Shown here: one piece after another, positions 26,508-36,282 of the stretch
Numbering within the stretch: the first letter of the stretch is position 1
Layout of the letters: the number at the start of each line of letters is the position of its first letter
Source: Reclinomonas americana ATCC 50394
Taxonomy: Eukaryota
Direction: 5' to 3'
Assembly: GCA_048213135.1 (NCBI GenBank)
Contig: PS015009.1
Location: forward strand, 1,054,001-1,118,000
DNA: 64,000 nt
Translations under genes and position numbers: made by a program
The notes under the pieces: generated by a model
The model's input: the letters and a program-made list of their open reading frames with translations, nothing else
Database searches by the model: none
What the model was told of the DNA's origin: nothing

Positions 26508-27536
26508 ATGCCGAAGTTGAACTGGAATGATAGCAGGAATTTTGTGAGCAAACTTACTTTCCGCAGGGTGTGGAACGGGATCAAAGTATTCAGCAGTTTC
26601 CAGCTGAGCCGGGTGCTGAATAAGCCTGTACAGTGGGGTTACCCCGTTTCCATTTCATTTGAGCCTACGACTTCCTGTAACCTCCGCTGCCCGGAATGCC
26701 CCAGCGGTTTGCGCCAGTTCACCCGCCCCACGGGAATGCTCAAAAAAGATTTCTTCACCCGCACCATCGACGAGATACACAAAGAACTGCTGTACCTCAT
26801 TTTCTATTTCCAGGGCGAGCCTTACCTCAATCCCGATTTTTTGGACATGGTGAAGTACGCCTCTTCCAAAAAGATATATACCGCCACCAGTACCAATGCC
26901 CATTACCTTACCGATGAAAATGCCAAACGTACGGTGGAAAGCGGGCTCGACAGGCTCATCATCTCCATTGACGGCACTACGCAGTATGTATACCGCCAGT
27001 ATCGTGTGGGCGGTAATCTTAATAAAGTACTGGAGGGCGCACGCAACATCGTAAAGTGGAAAAAGGAACTCAACAGCAAAACCCCCTTCATCTTTTTCCA
27101 GTTCCTGGTGGTAAAACACAATGAGCACCAGATAGAAGAAGTTAAACAAATGGCAAAGGAGATAGGCGTGGATGAAGTACGTTTCAAAACGGCACAGGTA
27201 TATGATTATGAAAATGATCCCAACCAGCTTATTCCTGAGAACGATAAATACAGCCGTTATAAAAAGAATGCCGACGGCACCTATACCGCCAAGAACAAAC
27301 TCGCCAATCATTGCTGGAAAATGCAGCACGCCAATGTGATCACCTGGGATGGACTGGTAGTACCCTGCTGTTTTGATAAAGACGCCATGCACCGGCTGGG
27401 CAACCTGCAGAACGAATCATTCAAATCGATCTGGAACAATGACAATTACAAACAGTTCCGCAGCGAATTGAAAAAGTCGAGAAAGAATATCGACATCTGC
27501 GCCAATTGCAGCGAAGGTGCTTCCGTGTGGAAGTAA
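26508..27536 (+). CDS. Radical SAM/SPASM domain protein
   Basis: CNLRCPEC, QGEPYL, C-terminal CWK..VVPCC..ICANC. Confidence 0.93.
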   Translation: MPKLNWNDSRNFVSKLTFRRVWNGIKVFSSFQLSRVLNKPVQWGYPVSISFEPTTSCNLRCPECPSGLRQFTRPTGMLKKDFFTRTIDEIHKELLYLIFYFQGEPYLNPDFLDMVKYASSKKIYTATSTNAHYLTDENAKRTVESGLDRLIISIDGTTQYVYRQYRVGGNLNKVLEGARNIVKWKKELNSKTPFIFFQFLVVKHNEHQIEEVKQMAKEIGVDEVRFKTAQVYDYENDPNQLIPENDKYSRYKKNADGTYTAKNKLANHCWKMQHANVITWDGLVVPCCFDKDAMHRLGNLQNESFKSIWNNDNYKQFRSELKKSRKNIDICANCSEGASVWK

Positions 27537-27780
27537 CCCATCCCGCAAAGCCCCGAAGGCTCCACAATTTCATGGCTTACATAAAATCATTGCGTTCCCG
27601 ATAGTGTTCTAATTTGAATACGTTTTCCACAAATACATGAAGAACACTAAGCTTTATATTCTACCTGTAGCCCATTGTGGTGTTAGCGACTTTGTGAGAA
27701 GGCTTACCTGTTTTCGAACTTAGACACTGCCACATTTTCTGCGCTTTTGCAGGCAATCACTTTTCAGCTATATTTATAGT

Positions 27781-28800
27781 ATGAACAATGCTACGTTTAA
27801 CGATCGTTTGCGGCAGGTGGTACTTTTTGCACTCATTGTGGTGCTGGCCATCCTGTTTGTAGGACAACTGTATATCTTCCTGCCGGGTTTGCTGGGTGGC
27901 GTTACGCTGTATATTCTCAGCCGCAGGTGGTATTTCCAGCTCATCTTTAAACGCAAGTGGAAAAAAGGGTGGACCGCCCTGTTGTTCATCTTCGGCTATA
28001 TCATCATCATTTCCATACCGGTATATTTTTCCATCAAACTCGTTACACCCAAGATCAACGCCATCATCAGCAATCCCGGGCAGATCATGGATGGCATCCG
28101 TGTTTTTTCCGATAAAATAAAGGGGTTGACCGGCATAGAACTGTTTACACCGCAAACCACCACCAACCTTAGTAAAAAAATATCTGAGATCATTCCGGGC
28201 CTGCTCAACAGCACTGCCAATGTGCTCACCAACCTTATTATGATGTTCTTCCTGTTGTATTACATGCTCGTAAGCGGCAGGGAAATAGAACGCTATCTCA
28301 ACCGCATTATCCCGCTCAAACCAGAAAACATCGACCAGCTGGCCCGTGAGACCCGTGTTATGATCAAGGCCAATGCACTGGGTATTCCCATCATTTGCCT
28401 GGTGCAGGGTTGTACCGCCGCCATCGGTTACTGGATATTCGGGCTGGAGGACTGGGCCATGTGGGGTTTTATCACCGGCGTGTTCGCCTTCTTCCCGCTG
28501 GTGGGCACCATGATCGTGTGGGTGCCGCTGGTCGTGTTCCAGGTAGCATCGGGCCATACCTGGCCAGCCATCGGGCTTGGTATTTACAGCATTATAGTAA
28601 CCGGTAATGTAGACTATATCACCCGCCTGGGGCTGATGAAACGTATGGGTGATGTGCATCCCGTGATCACCGTCATCGGCGTTATCATAGGCCTGGGGCT
28701 TTTTGGCTTCATCGGCCTCATTTTCGGCCCCCTGCTGGTGAGCTATTTCATTGTGCTGGTCAAAATATATATGAACGAATTCACTAAAGACGAAGCATAA
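27781..28800 (+). CDS. AI-2E family transporter
   Basis: Multi-TM, FFPLVG, HPVITVIGVIIG..FGFIGLIFGP. Confidence 0.93.
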   Translation: MNNATFNDRLRQVVLFALIVVLAILFVGQLYIFLPGLLGGVTLYILSRRWYFQLIFKRKWKKGWTALLFIFGYIIIISIPVYFSIKLVTPKINAIISNPGQIMDGIRVFSDKIKGLTGIELFTPQTTTNLSKKISEIIPGLLNSTANVLTNLIMMFFLLYYMLVSGREIERYLNRIIPLKPENIDQLARETRVMIKANALGIPIICLVQGCTAAIGYWIFGLEDWAMWGFITGVFAFFPLVGTMIVWVPLVVFQVASGHTWPAIGLGIYSIIVTGNVDYITRLGLMKRMGDVHPVITVIGVIIGLGLFGFIGLIFGPLLVSYFIVLVKIYMNEFTKDEA

Positions 28801-28905
28801 AGGCAGCAGGCAGACCCGGCAAACCAGGACCACTCATCGAATTATAGCACCGGCATAGCATCACATTTACATTAGTCCGTATTTTTGTATCATAAAATCC
28901 TTCTC

Positions 28906-29358
28906 GTGGGCATAGAAAAAGACATTAACCAGAAAAAATTCAGGAACGAACACCAGAAAGCCATCATCAACCTGATCTACACCTTCAATTGGGTGACTGA
29001 ACAGTCGAAGAGCATACTGGAAAAAGGAGACGTGACCAGCCAGCAGTTCAACATCCTGAGAATACTGAGAGGCGCCGGCGAACCCTTATCTACCTTACAG
29101 ATACGCCAGCGCATGCTCGACAAAATGAGTGATACCAGCCGTATCGTTGACCGCCTAATACTGAAAGGCCTGGCCAAAAAGAATGTGTGCAAAACCGACA
29201 AACGACTGGTGGATGTATCCATCACCGATAAAGGGAAAAAACTGCTCGAAAGACTCGACAAATACGAGGCCGAAATGGATGCCATCGCCGGCAACCTCAC
29301 CGAGGCAGACGCGAAAACACTGAATAAATTACTGGATAAGATCCGCAATTCGAACTGA
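28906..29358 (+). CDS. MarR family transcriptional regulator
   Basis: QQFNILRIL, SDTSRIVDRL, DKRLVDVSITDKG; GTG 28906 preferred because TATTTTTG overlaps the upstream TTG. Confidence 0.92.
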   Translation: MGIEKDINQKKFRNEHQKAIINLIYTFNWVTEQSKSILEKGDVTSQQFNILRILRGAGEPLSTLQIRQRMLDKMSDTSRIVDRLILKGLAKKNVCKTDKRLVDVSITDKGKKLLERLDKYEAEMDAIAGNLTEADAKTLNKLLDKIRNSN

Positions 29359-29366
29359 CACAAAGC

Positions 29367-30557
29367 ATGATGCTTAAGAAACCACTCCTGTTATTCGCTT
29401 TCATTCTTTCCGCTTACTTCGCCGCGGCACAGGGCAAACCTGAGTTCCGCGGTGTGTGGATAGCCACTGTCGATAATATTGACTGGCCCAGTAAAGGCAA
29501 CTACATGCCTGATTCGCAACGGATGGAATTCATACGCCTGCTCGACATGCACCAGCGGATTGGCATGAACGCCATCATTGCCCAGGTACGCCCCTGCACC
29601 GATGCCTTCTATCCTTCGCCCTACGAGCCCTGGAGCGAATGGCTTACCGGCAAACAGGGACTGCCACCCTTCCCTTATTACGACCCGCTGGAATTCATGA
29701 TAACGGAAACCCATAAACGCGGAATGGAATTTCATGCCTGGATGAACCCTTACCGTGCCGAATTCAACATCGCCAAAAACGCCCTGTCGCCCACGCATAT
29801 TGTCCGCCTGCACCCCGAGTGGTTCCTGGCTTACGGCGACAAACGTTATTTCGATCCTGGTAATAAAGAAGCGCAGCAATATGTAGTGAACGTGGTGAAA
29901 GATGTGGTGAGCCGTTATCCTATCGACGCTATTCACTTCGACGATTACTTTTATCCTTACAAAATACCCGGCAAGGAATTTCCTGATTATGGCAGTTACA
30001 ACAAATATGGTAACGGTATGACGCGTGACAACTGGCGCCGCAGCAATACCGATTCCATCATTTCCATGCTGAGCCGGGCCATTAAAGCCACCAATCCCAA
30101 ATGCCAGTTCGGTGTCAGTCCGTTTGGTGTGTGGCGCAACGAAGAAAAAGATCCCGACGGCAGTAAAACCAACGGGGCTCAAACCAATTACGATGACCTG
30201 TATGCTGATATTCTGCTTTGGCTGAAAAACAACTGGATAGATTATGTAGCCCCGCAACTGTACTGGGAGATCGGGCACAGGATAGCGCCCTACCAGGTAC
30301 TCATTGACTGGTGGAGCAAACATACATACGGAAAAAACTGCTACATAGGCATGGGCATTTACCGTGCTGGCAGCAATGCCGCGTGGAAAGACAAAACACA
30401 GTTGTCGCAACAGATCGACCTGCTGCGCAGCACGCCCAACATACAGGGTATGATCTTCTTCAGCAGTAAAACCTTCCAGAAAAATCCTTACGGATGGAAT
30501 GATACCCTGCGCCTGAAGTATTTCAGCGAACCGGTGAAAACACCCGTAACCAGGTAG
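29367..30557 (+). CDS. GHL10/YddW-like glycoside hydrolase
   Basis: EFRGVWIATVDNIDWP, EFHAWMNPYR, IHFDDYFYP, DYVAPQLYW. Confidence 0.93.
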   Translation: MMLKKPLLLFAFILSAYFAAAQGKPEFRGVWIATVDNIDWPSKGNYMPDSQRMEFIRLLDMHQRIGMNAIIAQVRPCTDAFYPSPYEPWSEWLTGKQGLPPFPYYDPLEFMITETHKRGMEFHAWMNPYRAEFNIAKNALSPTHIVRLHPEWFLAYGDKRYFDPGNKEAQQYVVNVVKDVVSRYPIDAIHFDDYFYPYKIPGKEFPDYGSYNKYGNGMTRDNWRRSNTDSIISMLSRAIKATNPKCQFGVSPFGVWRNEEKDPDGSKTNGAQTNYDDLYADILLWLKNNWIDYVAPQLYWEIGHRIAPYQVLIDWWSKHTYGKNCYIGMGIYRAGSNAAWKDKTQLSQQIDLLRSTPNIQGMIFFSSKTFQKNPYGWNDTLRLKYFSEPVKTPVTR

Positions 30558-30600
30558 TCCTGCTTCTTTTTACTTTTGAATTTTTACTTTTGATTGCTCA

Positions 30601-31266
30601 ATGGTAAACAAGGGAACCTTATACACAGATTTTCATACCCACTCCGCTCCATCCCCGGAAAGATTCCGTATTCATAACCTGTACAGCGATTTTGCACAGT
30701 CAGAAAATAAAGGATTTTATTCCATTGGTCTTCATCCCTGGTACATCAACGCACAGGCATGGGAAGCAGATTTTGCAGCAATACAGCAATACAGTCTTCG
30801 GAATAATGTCATCGCCATCGGCGAATGCGGATTGGATAAAGTGACCGCAACTTCATTTGCCCTGCAGCAGGAAGTATTCATCAAACAAATACAATGGGCC
30901 GCTCAAATACAAAAACCGCTTATCATTCATTGCGTAAGGGCTTACGATGAAGCGCTGCAATTACTGAAACAGTACCAATCCGGCGTGCCTGTCATTTTTC
31001 ACGGGTTCAATAAAAACCTGCAACTCGCCCGGCAGGTCATCAGCGCCGGGTATTACCTTTCTTTCGGCAAAGCGCTTACAAAAGAAAACATACAGGAAAC
31101 ATTCGCCCAGCTGCCCATCGAAAAACTTTTCCTCGAAACCGACGACAGTCCTCTTTCTATCAAAGACATCTATCATTTCGCTGCCAAAGCCCGCTCCGTT
31201 TCTGAAGAAACCCTTAGTTTGCAGCTCCAAAAAAACGTGACCTCCGTTTTTGGTATAACTTTTTAA
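30601..31266 (+). CDS. TatD family hydrolase
   Basis: DFHTH, GLHPW, IGECGLD, IIHCVRA, FHGF, FLETDD. Confidence 0.93.
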   Translation: MVNKGTLYTDFHTHSAPSPERFRIHNLYSDFAQSENKGFYSIGLHPWYINAQAWEADFAAIQQYSLRNNVIAIGECGLDKVTATSFALQQEVFIKQIQWAAQIQKPLIIHCVRAYDEALQLLKQYQSGVPVIFHGFNKNLQLARQVISAGYYLSFGKALTKENIQETFAQLPIEKLFLETDDSPLSIKDIYHFAAKARSVSEETLSLQLQKNVTSVFGITF

Positions 31267-31268
31267 TA

Positions 31269-31991
31269 ATGACGACAGATATTTCCTGGCTCTCCCGCAC
31301 CAGCCTGCTGGTAGGTGAAGAAGCATTGCGCCGCCTTACGCAGCAACACGTAATGGTGGTAGGTATGGGTGGCGTAGGTTCCTTTGCCGCGGAATTTGTA
31401 TGCCGTGCCGGCATCGGTAAAATGACCATCGTGGATGGCGATGTGGTAGACCCTACCAACCGCAACCGGCAGTTGCCCGCGCTGGCTACCAATCACGGTG
31501 TGTCTAAAGCAGATATTATGGCCGAACGTTTACGGGCCATCAATCCCGAACTGGAGCTGACTGTAGTAAAGTCGTTTGTCAACCCCGATATGGTAGAAGA
31601 ACTGCTCAGCAGCAACCCCGATTACATCATCGATGCCATCGACAGCATTACGCCCAAACTCACCCTTATCAAAACCGCTTATGCCCGTAAGCTGCGCATC
31701 GTTAGCAGTATGGGCGCCGGCGCCAAAGTGGACCCCACACAGTTGCGGGTGGTTGACATCTCCAAAACCTACAACTGCCCCTTTGCCCAGCAGATCCGTA
31801 AAATGCTGAAGAAGGATAAAATATACCGCGGTATCAAAGTCGCCTTTTCTCCTGAGCAACCCGTTAAAGAAAGCCTCATGCTCACCGACGGCAGTAATTA
31901 TAAAAAATCAGCGTACGGAACCATTTCTTATATGCCCGCTACATTTGGGGCGGTGGTGTCTTCTGTAGCAATACGGGATTTGATGGAATAG
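31269..31991 (+). CDS. tcdA: tRNA threonylcarbamoyladenosine dehydratase (ThiF family)
   Basis: GMGGVGS, TNRNRQ, IDAIDS, SSMGAG, GTISYMPATFG. Confidence 0.9.
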   Translation: MTTDISWLSRTSLLVGEEALRRLTQQHVMVVGMGGVGSFAAEFVCRAGIGKMTIVDGDVVDPTNRNRQLPALATNHGVSKADIMAERLRAINPELELTVVKSFVNPDMVEELLSSNPDYIIDAIDSITPKLTLIKTAYARKLRIVSSMGAGAKVDPTQLRVVDISKTYNCPFAQQIRKMLKKDKIYRGIKVAFSPEQPVKESLMLTDGSNYKKSAYGTISYMPATFGAVVSSVAIRDLME

Positions 31992-32035
31992 TATTTTATT
32001 ATTTACGGCTGACCATTAAGAAGCCTATAATTATT

Positions 32036-32100
32036 GGTCATGCTGAGGAACGAAGCATCTATTGGTTTTCAAAAGGGGTTCCTCCTTTGTCGGGATGACC
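32036..32100. repeat. Inverted pair of GTCAT-type REP-like elements
   Basis: GGTCATGCTGAGGAACGAAGCATCT ... GGTTCCTCCTTTGTCGGGATGACC; right arm reverse complement resembles units at 4705, 4846, 5380. Confidence 0.75.
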
Positions 32101-32162
32101 CCAACTCTCAAATTGAGACACTCCGCACGCTTAGTGTCTTTGCGGGAGATCATTCTTTGACA

Positions 32163-32170
32163 TACCTTTG
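32163..32170 (+). promoter_or_regulatory. Bacteroidota -7 promoter box
   Basis: TACCTTTG 23 bp upstream of the aminotransferase ATG. Confidence 0.6.
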
Positions 32171-32192
32171 CCCTTCCTAAATAACTTAACTT

Positions 32193-33392
32193 ATGCCTGG
32201 ATATGAATTTTTCGGCGCCGAAGAGCGTAAAGAACTGAATGATGTAATGGAAACCGGCATCCTCATGCGTTACGGCTTCGATGGCGCCCGCAAAGGACAC
32301 TGGAAAGCCAAAGAACTGGAAGCCGCCATCTGCGATACATTCGGCAGTAAATATGCCCAGCTCGTTTGTAATGGTACCGCCGCCCTTACCACGGCCATGA
32401 GCGCCCTGGGCATTGGTTACGGCGACGAGATCATTATGCCCTGCTTCACTTTTGTAGCCAGTTTTGAAGCCGTGCTCAGTGTAGGTGCCATTCCGGTTAT
32501 GGTGGATGTGGACGACTCCCTTACCCTCAACCCCGACGCCGTTCGCAAAGCCATCACACCCAAAACAAAATGCATCATGCCCGTACACATGTGCGGCAGC
32601 ATGGCCGATATGGACGCATTGCAGGCCATTTGTAAAGAGCATAATTTATTACTGCTGGAAGACGCCTGCCAAAGCATCGGCGCCAGTTATAAAGGAAAAA
32701 AACTCGGTACCATCGGCGATGCCGGTACTTTCAGCTTCGACTTCGTTAAAACCATTACCTGTGCCGAAGGCGGCGCGGTAATGACCAACCGCGAAGATGT
32801 ATACATCAGCAGCGATGGTTACAGCGATCATGGTCACGATCATAAGGGCGCCGACCGTGGTGCCGATCTTCACCCCTTCATCGGTTACAATTACCGCATC
32901 AGCGAATTGCACGCCGCTGTAGGACTGGCGCAGATCAAAAAGCTGGATCAGTTCCTCGCCATCCAGGAAAAGAACCACACTGTATTGAAAAATATGCTGT
33001 CCGAAATTCCTGAAGTGAGTTTCCGCCGCATCCCCGATCCCGCCGGCGACAGCCGTACCTTCCTCAGCTGGTTCCTGCCTGCCGAAGAACTTACCCGTGC
33101 CTGGGTTAACGAAATGAAGGCGCAGGGCATACTCGCCGGTAATTTCTACTGGTTCGACAACAACTGGCACTACATCCGCAAATGGGATCACCTGAAAAAC
33201 GCTACTACCCTCGGCCCTTTAAGTCCTGAAATGAAAGCCGCCGTAGTGCATCACGCCAATAAAGATTTCAGCGCCAGCGACGCCATCATGGGCCGCTGCA
33301 TTTCCACCGCCATCGGTCTTACCTGGACAGAAGAGCAATTGAAAGAAAAAGGAGAGAAAATGGTGGCGGCCATTAAGAAAATACTCGGATAA
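32193..33392 (+). CDS. DegT/DnrJ/EryC1/StrS aminotransferase, KdnA-like
   Basis: MPGYEFFG.EE N terminus, NGTAAL, EDACQ, SFDFVKTITCAEGG, GYNYRISE. Confidence 0.88.
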   Translation: MPGYEFFGAEERKELNDVMETGILMRYGFDGARKGHWKAKELEAAICDTFGSKYAQLVCNGTAALTTAMSALGIGYGDEIIMPCFTFVASFEAVLSVGAIPVMVDVDDSLTLNPDAVRKAITPKTKCIMPVHMCGSMADMDALQAICKEHNLLLLEDACQSIGASYKGKKLGTIGDAGTFSFDFVKTITCAEGGAVMTNREDVYISSDGYSDHGHDHKGADRGADLHPFIGYNYRISELHAAVGLAQIKKLDQFLAIQEKNHTVLKNMLSEIPEVSFRRIPDPAGDSRTFLSWFLPAEELTRAWVNEMKAQGILAGNFYWFDNNWHYIRKWDHLKNATTLGPLSPEMKAAVVHHANKDFSASDAIMGRCISTAIGLTWTEEQLKEKGEKMVAAIKKILG

Positions 33393-33431
33393 AATGAATT
33401 GATCTGGAGATGTAAAGATGATACTTCACTA

Positions 33432-33472
33432 TAAAGGGAAAGCCCTGCAACTTTTGCAGGGCTTTCCCTTTA
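33432..33472. terminator. Bidirectional terminator hairpin
   Basis: 19-bp perfect stem TAAAGGGAAAGCCCTGCAA/TTGCAGGGCTTTCCCTTTA between convergent genes. Confidence 0.8.
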
Positions 33473-33500
33473 GTATGGTATTCATCTGCACATTTTCAAA

Positions 33501-33839
33501 TCATCGTATCGGCACATTACTCTTCCCTTCCAGCCTGTCACACTCCTCCACGCTGCCCAGCCGGAATTTAAATGGAAATTTTGTGATTTTTTCTAATTGA
33601 AGCTCTCTTTTACAGAAAAATCCCAGGTTGACTGAGTAAAAATTCCCGGGAATGGGGTTGAGCCGCAGAGGCGCGGCAACTACAGGAACATTTGAGTAAA
33701 AAGCAGTACCGGTAAGCTTTTTAGGAAATACAAGCGAGGAAACATCTTGCTTAAATAACGTGTTTTTTTGCGCAAAAGCGCCGCTTACCACAAAAATCGT
33801 GCAAAAAATGAAAATTTTAACGCTTTTATTCACTTTCAT
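33501..33839 (-). CDS. Hypothetical secreted protein
   Basis: Signal peptide; LGFFCKRELQLEK..FKFRLGS..DRLEGK. Confidence 0.7.
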   Translation of the reverse strand: MKVNKSVKIFIFCTIFVVSGAFAQKNTLFKQDVSSLVFPKKLTGTAFYSNVPVVAAPLRLNPIPGNFYSVNLGFFCKRELQLEKITKFPFKFRLGSVEECDRLEGKSNVPIR

Positions 33840-33927
33840 ACCGGTTAATGTGTAAATTTACGAACAAATACGCAGTAAAGATTGGCTGCTTCCTACCCGG
33901 AACAGCGTCCTAAAATGAACAAACCAA

Positions 33928-35412
33928 ATGGCCTTAAGTCAGGGATTATACCAGAAACAATTACAGAAATTATCACCCCAGCAGATCCAGCTCATGAAAC
34001 TGCTGCAGGTGCCTACAGCCATACTCGAAGAACGCATCAAGGAAGAAATTGAAGAGAATCCCGCCCTGGAAGAGGCCGAAGAAGGACATGAAGATGAATA
34101 TGATGAAGTAAAGGACGAATTCAAGGATGGCGAAGATGATTTTGAACCCGATGGCAGCACCGAGGAATACGAGAACATCGACATCAGCGAATATGTGAAC
34201 GAAGGCGACGATGAAGTGGCCGACTACCGCCTGAAAGACGATAACTACCCCGAAGCGGATGACAACCGCACCATGCCTCATAAGGTAGAGACCGGTTTCA
34301 ATGAGTTAATGCTCGAACAACTGGGCATGCTCAATCTCGAAGAAAAACAGCAAAAGATCGCCGAACAGCTGATCGGTAACCTGGATGATGACGGTTATCT
34401 CCGCCGCGATATCTCTTCTATTGTAGATGACCTCGCTTTCCGCCAGAACATCATGACCTCCGAGGAAGAGATCGGCGAACTGCTCCTGCAGATACAGCAG
34501 TTCGACCCGCCGGGCATCGGCGCCCGCAACCTGCAGGAATGCCTGCTGTTGCAGCTCGAACGCAAACTCGATGAAGGCAAACACGTGGAAATGGCTATGA
34601 AAGTGCTGGAGAAGTACTTCGAGGAGTTCACCAAAAAACACTACGAAAAAATACAGCGCGGGCTCAACCTGAATGATGAGCAACTCAAAGAGGTCATCAA
34701 TCAGATCATCAAGCTCAACCCCAAACCCGCCGGCAACGTGGGCGACAGCGGCAAAAGCGAGAACTATGTTATCCCCGACTTCTTTATCTATAACAACAAC
34801 GGCAAGCTGGAACTTACCCTCAACAGCAAGAACGCCCCTGATCTCCGCATCAGCGAAGGCTACCGCGATATGCTGAAGGATTATGAAAGAGGAAGTAAAA
34901 AAGACAAACGCCAGAAAGAAGCCGTGCTTTTCATCAAACAAAAGATAGATGCCGCCAAATGGTTCATCGACGCCATCAAGCAACGGCAGAACACGCTCAT
35001 GAGCACCATGGAGGCCATCATGAATTACCAGCACAACTTCTTCATCACCGGCGACGAAACGGAGTTACGCCCCATGATCCTTAAGTATATTGCCGAAGCT
35101 ACCAACCTCGACATATCTACCGTAAGCCGTGTGGCCAACAGCAAGTTTGTACAAACCGAGTTTGGCACTTACCGTCTTAAGTTCTTTTTCAGCGAAAGCC
35201 TGCAAACCGACAGTGGCGAGGAAGTAAGCACCCGCGAAGTGAAAAAAATACTCAGCGACCTGATAGAGGAAGAAAACAAAAAACACCCGCTCAGCGATGA
35301 GCGCCTTACCGAGCTGTTACAGGAAAAGGGGTACAATATCGCCCGTCGCACCGTGGCCAAATACCGCGAACAGCTCAATATACCTGTAGCCCGTTTAAGA
35401 AAGCAGTTGTAA
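33928..35412 (+). CDS. rpoN: RNA polymerase sigma-54 factor
   Basis: Gln/Leu-rich region I, DPPGIGARNLQECL, STVSRV, RpoN box ARRTVAKYRE. Confidence 0.99.
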   Translation: MALSQGLYQKQLQKLSPQQIQLMKLLQVPTAILEERIKEEIEENPALEEAEEGHEDEYDEVKDEFKDGEDDFEPDGSTEEYENIDISEYVNEGDDEVADYRLKDDNYPEADDNRTMPHKVETGFNELMLEQLGMLNLEEKQQKIAEQLIGNLDDDGYLRRDISSIVDDLAFRQNIMTSEEEIGELLLQIQQFDPPGIGARNLQECLLLQLERKLDEGKHVEMAMKVLEKYFEEFTKKHYEKIQRGLNLNDEQLKEVINQIIKLNPKPAGNVGDSGKSENYVIPDFFIYNNNGKLELTLNSKNAPDLRISEGYRDMLKDYERGSKKDKRQKEAVLFIKQKIDAAKWFIDAIKQRQNTLMSTMEAIMNYQHNFFITGDETELRPMILKYIAEATNLDISTVSRVANSKFVQTEFGTYRLKFFFSESLQTDSGEEVSTREVKKILSDLIEEENKKHPLSDERLTELLQEKGYNIARRTVAKYREQLNIPVARLRKQL

Positions 35413-35442
35413 TTTCGGGCCTCAATTACCAAAGTCATCTAC

Positions 35443-36123
35443 ATGCACAGCCAGGTTTCATTTGAACATAACGGTACACCAGTAATAAGCAGGCCTTCAT
35501 CGCCGTTGCTTGCTATTCCCGCACATATTTTTTCCGTGCTGTTTCACCCGTTGTTCATTCCGCTGTATGTGATGTATTTCCTGGCATTTGTACACCCATC
35601 TTACTTTTCAGGTTTCAGTTATGGTGCCAAACGGCAGGCCCTGTTCATCATTACCCTCAATGCCGTACTGTTTCCCCTGTTTTGTGTGTTGCTGCTGAAG
35701 GCATTGGGTTTTATCGATTCGTTTTTGCTCAAAACACGCAAAGACCGCATCATACCGTACATTGCCTGTGGCATTTTCTTTTTCTGGACCTATACCGTAT
35801 TCCGCCAGCAGGAGCAGTATCCACCGGTTGTATCTTCTTTTCTGCTGGGCGTATTTCTGGCTTCTTCCGCGGCACTGATCGCCAATATTTATTTTAAGAT
35901 CAGCATGCACGCCATTGGCATGGGCGGCGTTATCGGTTTGTTCCTCATCATCCTGTTCAGCAATACCATGCTCATGACCTGGCCGCTGAGCCTCGCTTTT
36001 CTTGTTACAGGCCTCGTATGCACTTCCCGTTTAATTGTAAGTGATCACGAACCGCGTGAGATATACCTGGGTTTAGCTATAGGCATTATCTGCCAGTTCG
36101 CCGGAAATTTGGTAGTGGGATAA
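35443..36123 (+). CDS. Conserved membrane protein (PAP2-like motif)
   Basis: FHPLFIP, KISMHAIG, TSRL..H...EIY.G; multiple TM. Confidence 0.8.
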   Translation: MHSQVSFEHNGTPVISRPSSPLLAIPAHIFSVLFHPLFIPLYVMYFLAFVHPSYFSGFSYGAKRQALFIITLNAVLFPLFCVLLLKALGFIDSFLLKTRKDRIIPYIACGIFFFWTYTVFRQQEQYPPVVSSFLLGVFLASSAALIANIYFKISMHAIGMGGVIGLFLIILFSNTMLMTWPLSLAFLVTGLVCTSRLIVSDHEPREIYLGLAIGIICQFAGNLVVG

Positions 36124-36182
36124 TCAGTCAAGTATGTATTGTGGTTTGTCATTCTAACGGAGTAGGAATCTATTAATTTATA

Positions 36183-36263
36183 GCGTGTCCCGCCGGTAGC
36201 GGGCCGGGCTGTACGCTCCCAAGCCTGCTGCGCAGGGCTTTCCGCTGCCATCCCTCACGCGGG
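36183..36263 (-). repeat. Dispersed structured intergenic repeat (GCGTGAGGGAT family), copy 2
   Basis: Reverse complement aligns with 6114-6240. Confidence 0.8.
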
Positions 36264-36282
36264 TCCGGCTTGCCACAGGAGC

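Noticed and set aside
26508-27536. RiPP cluster around the radical SAM/SPASM gene
   Set aside because: No precursor peptide, RRE or dedicated exporter seen nearby
29391-30410. Long antisense ORFs (also 287-1180, 20734-21666, 27757-28833, 38163-39194)
   Set aside because: Shadows of well-supported genes on the opposite strand, with no motifs
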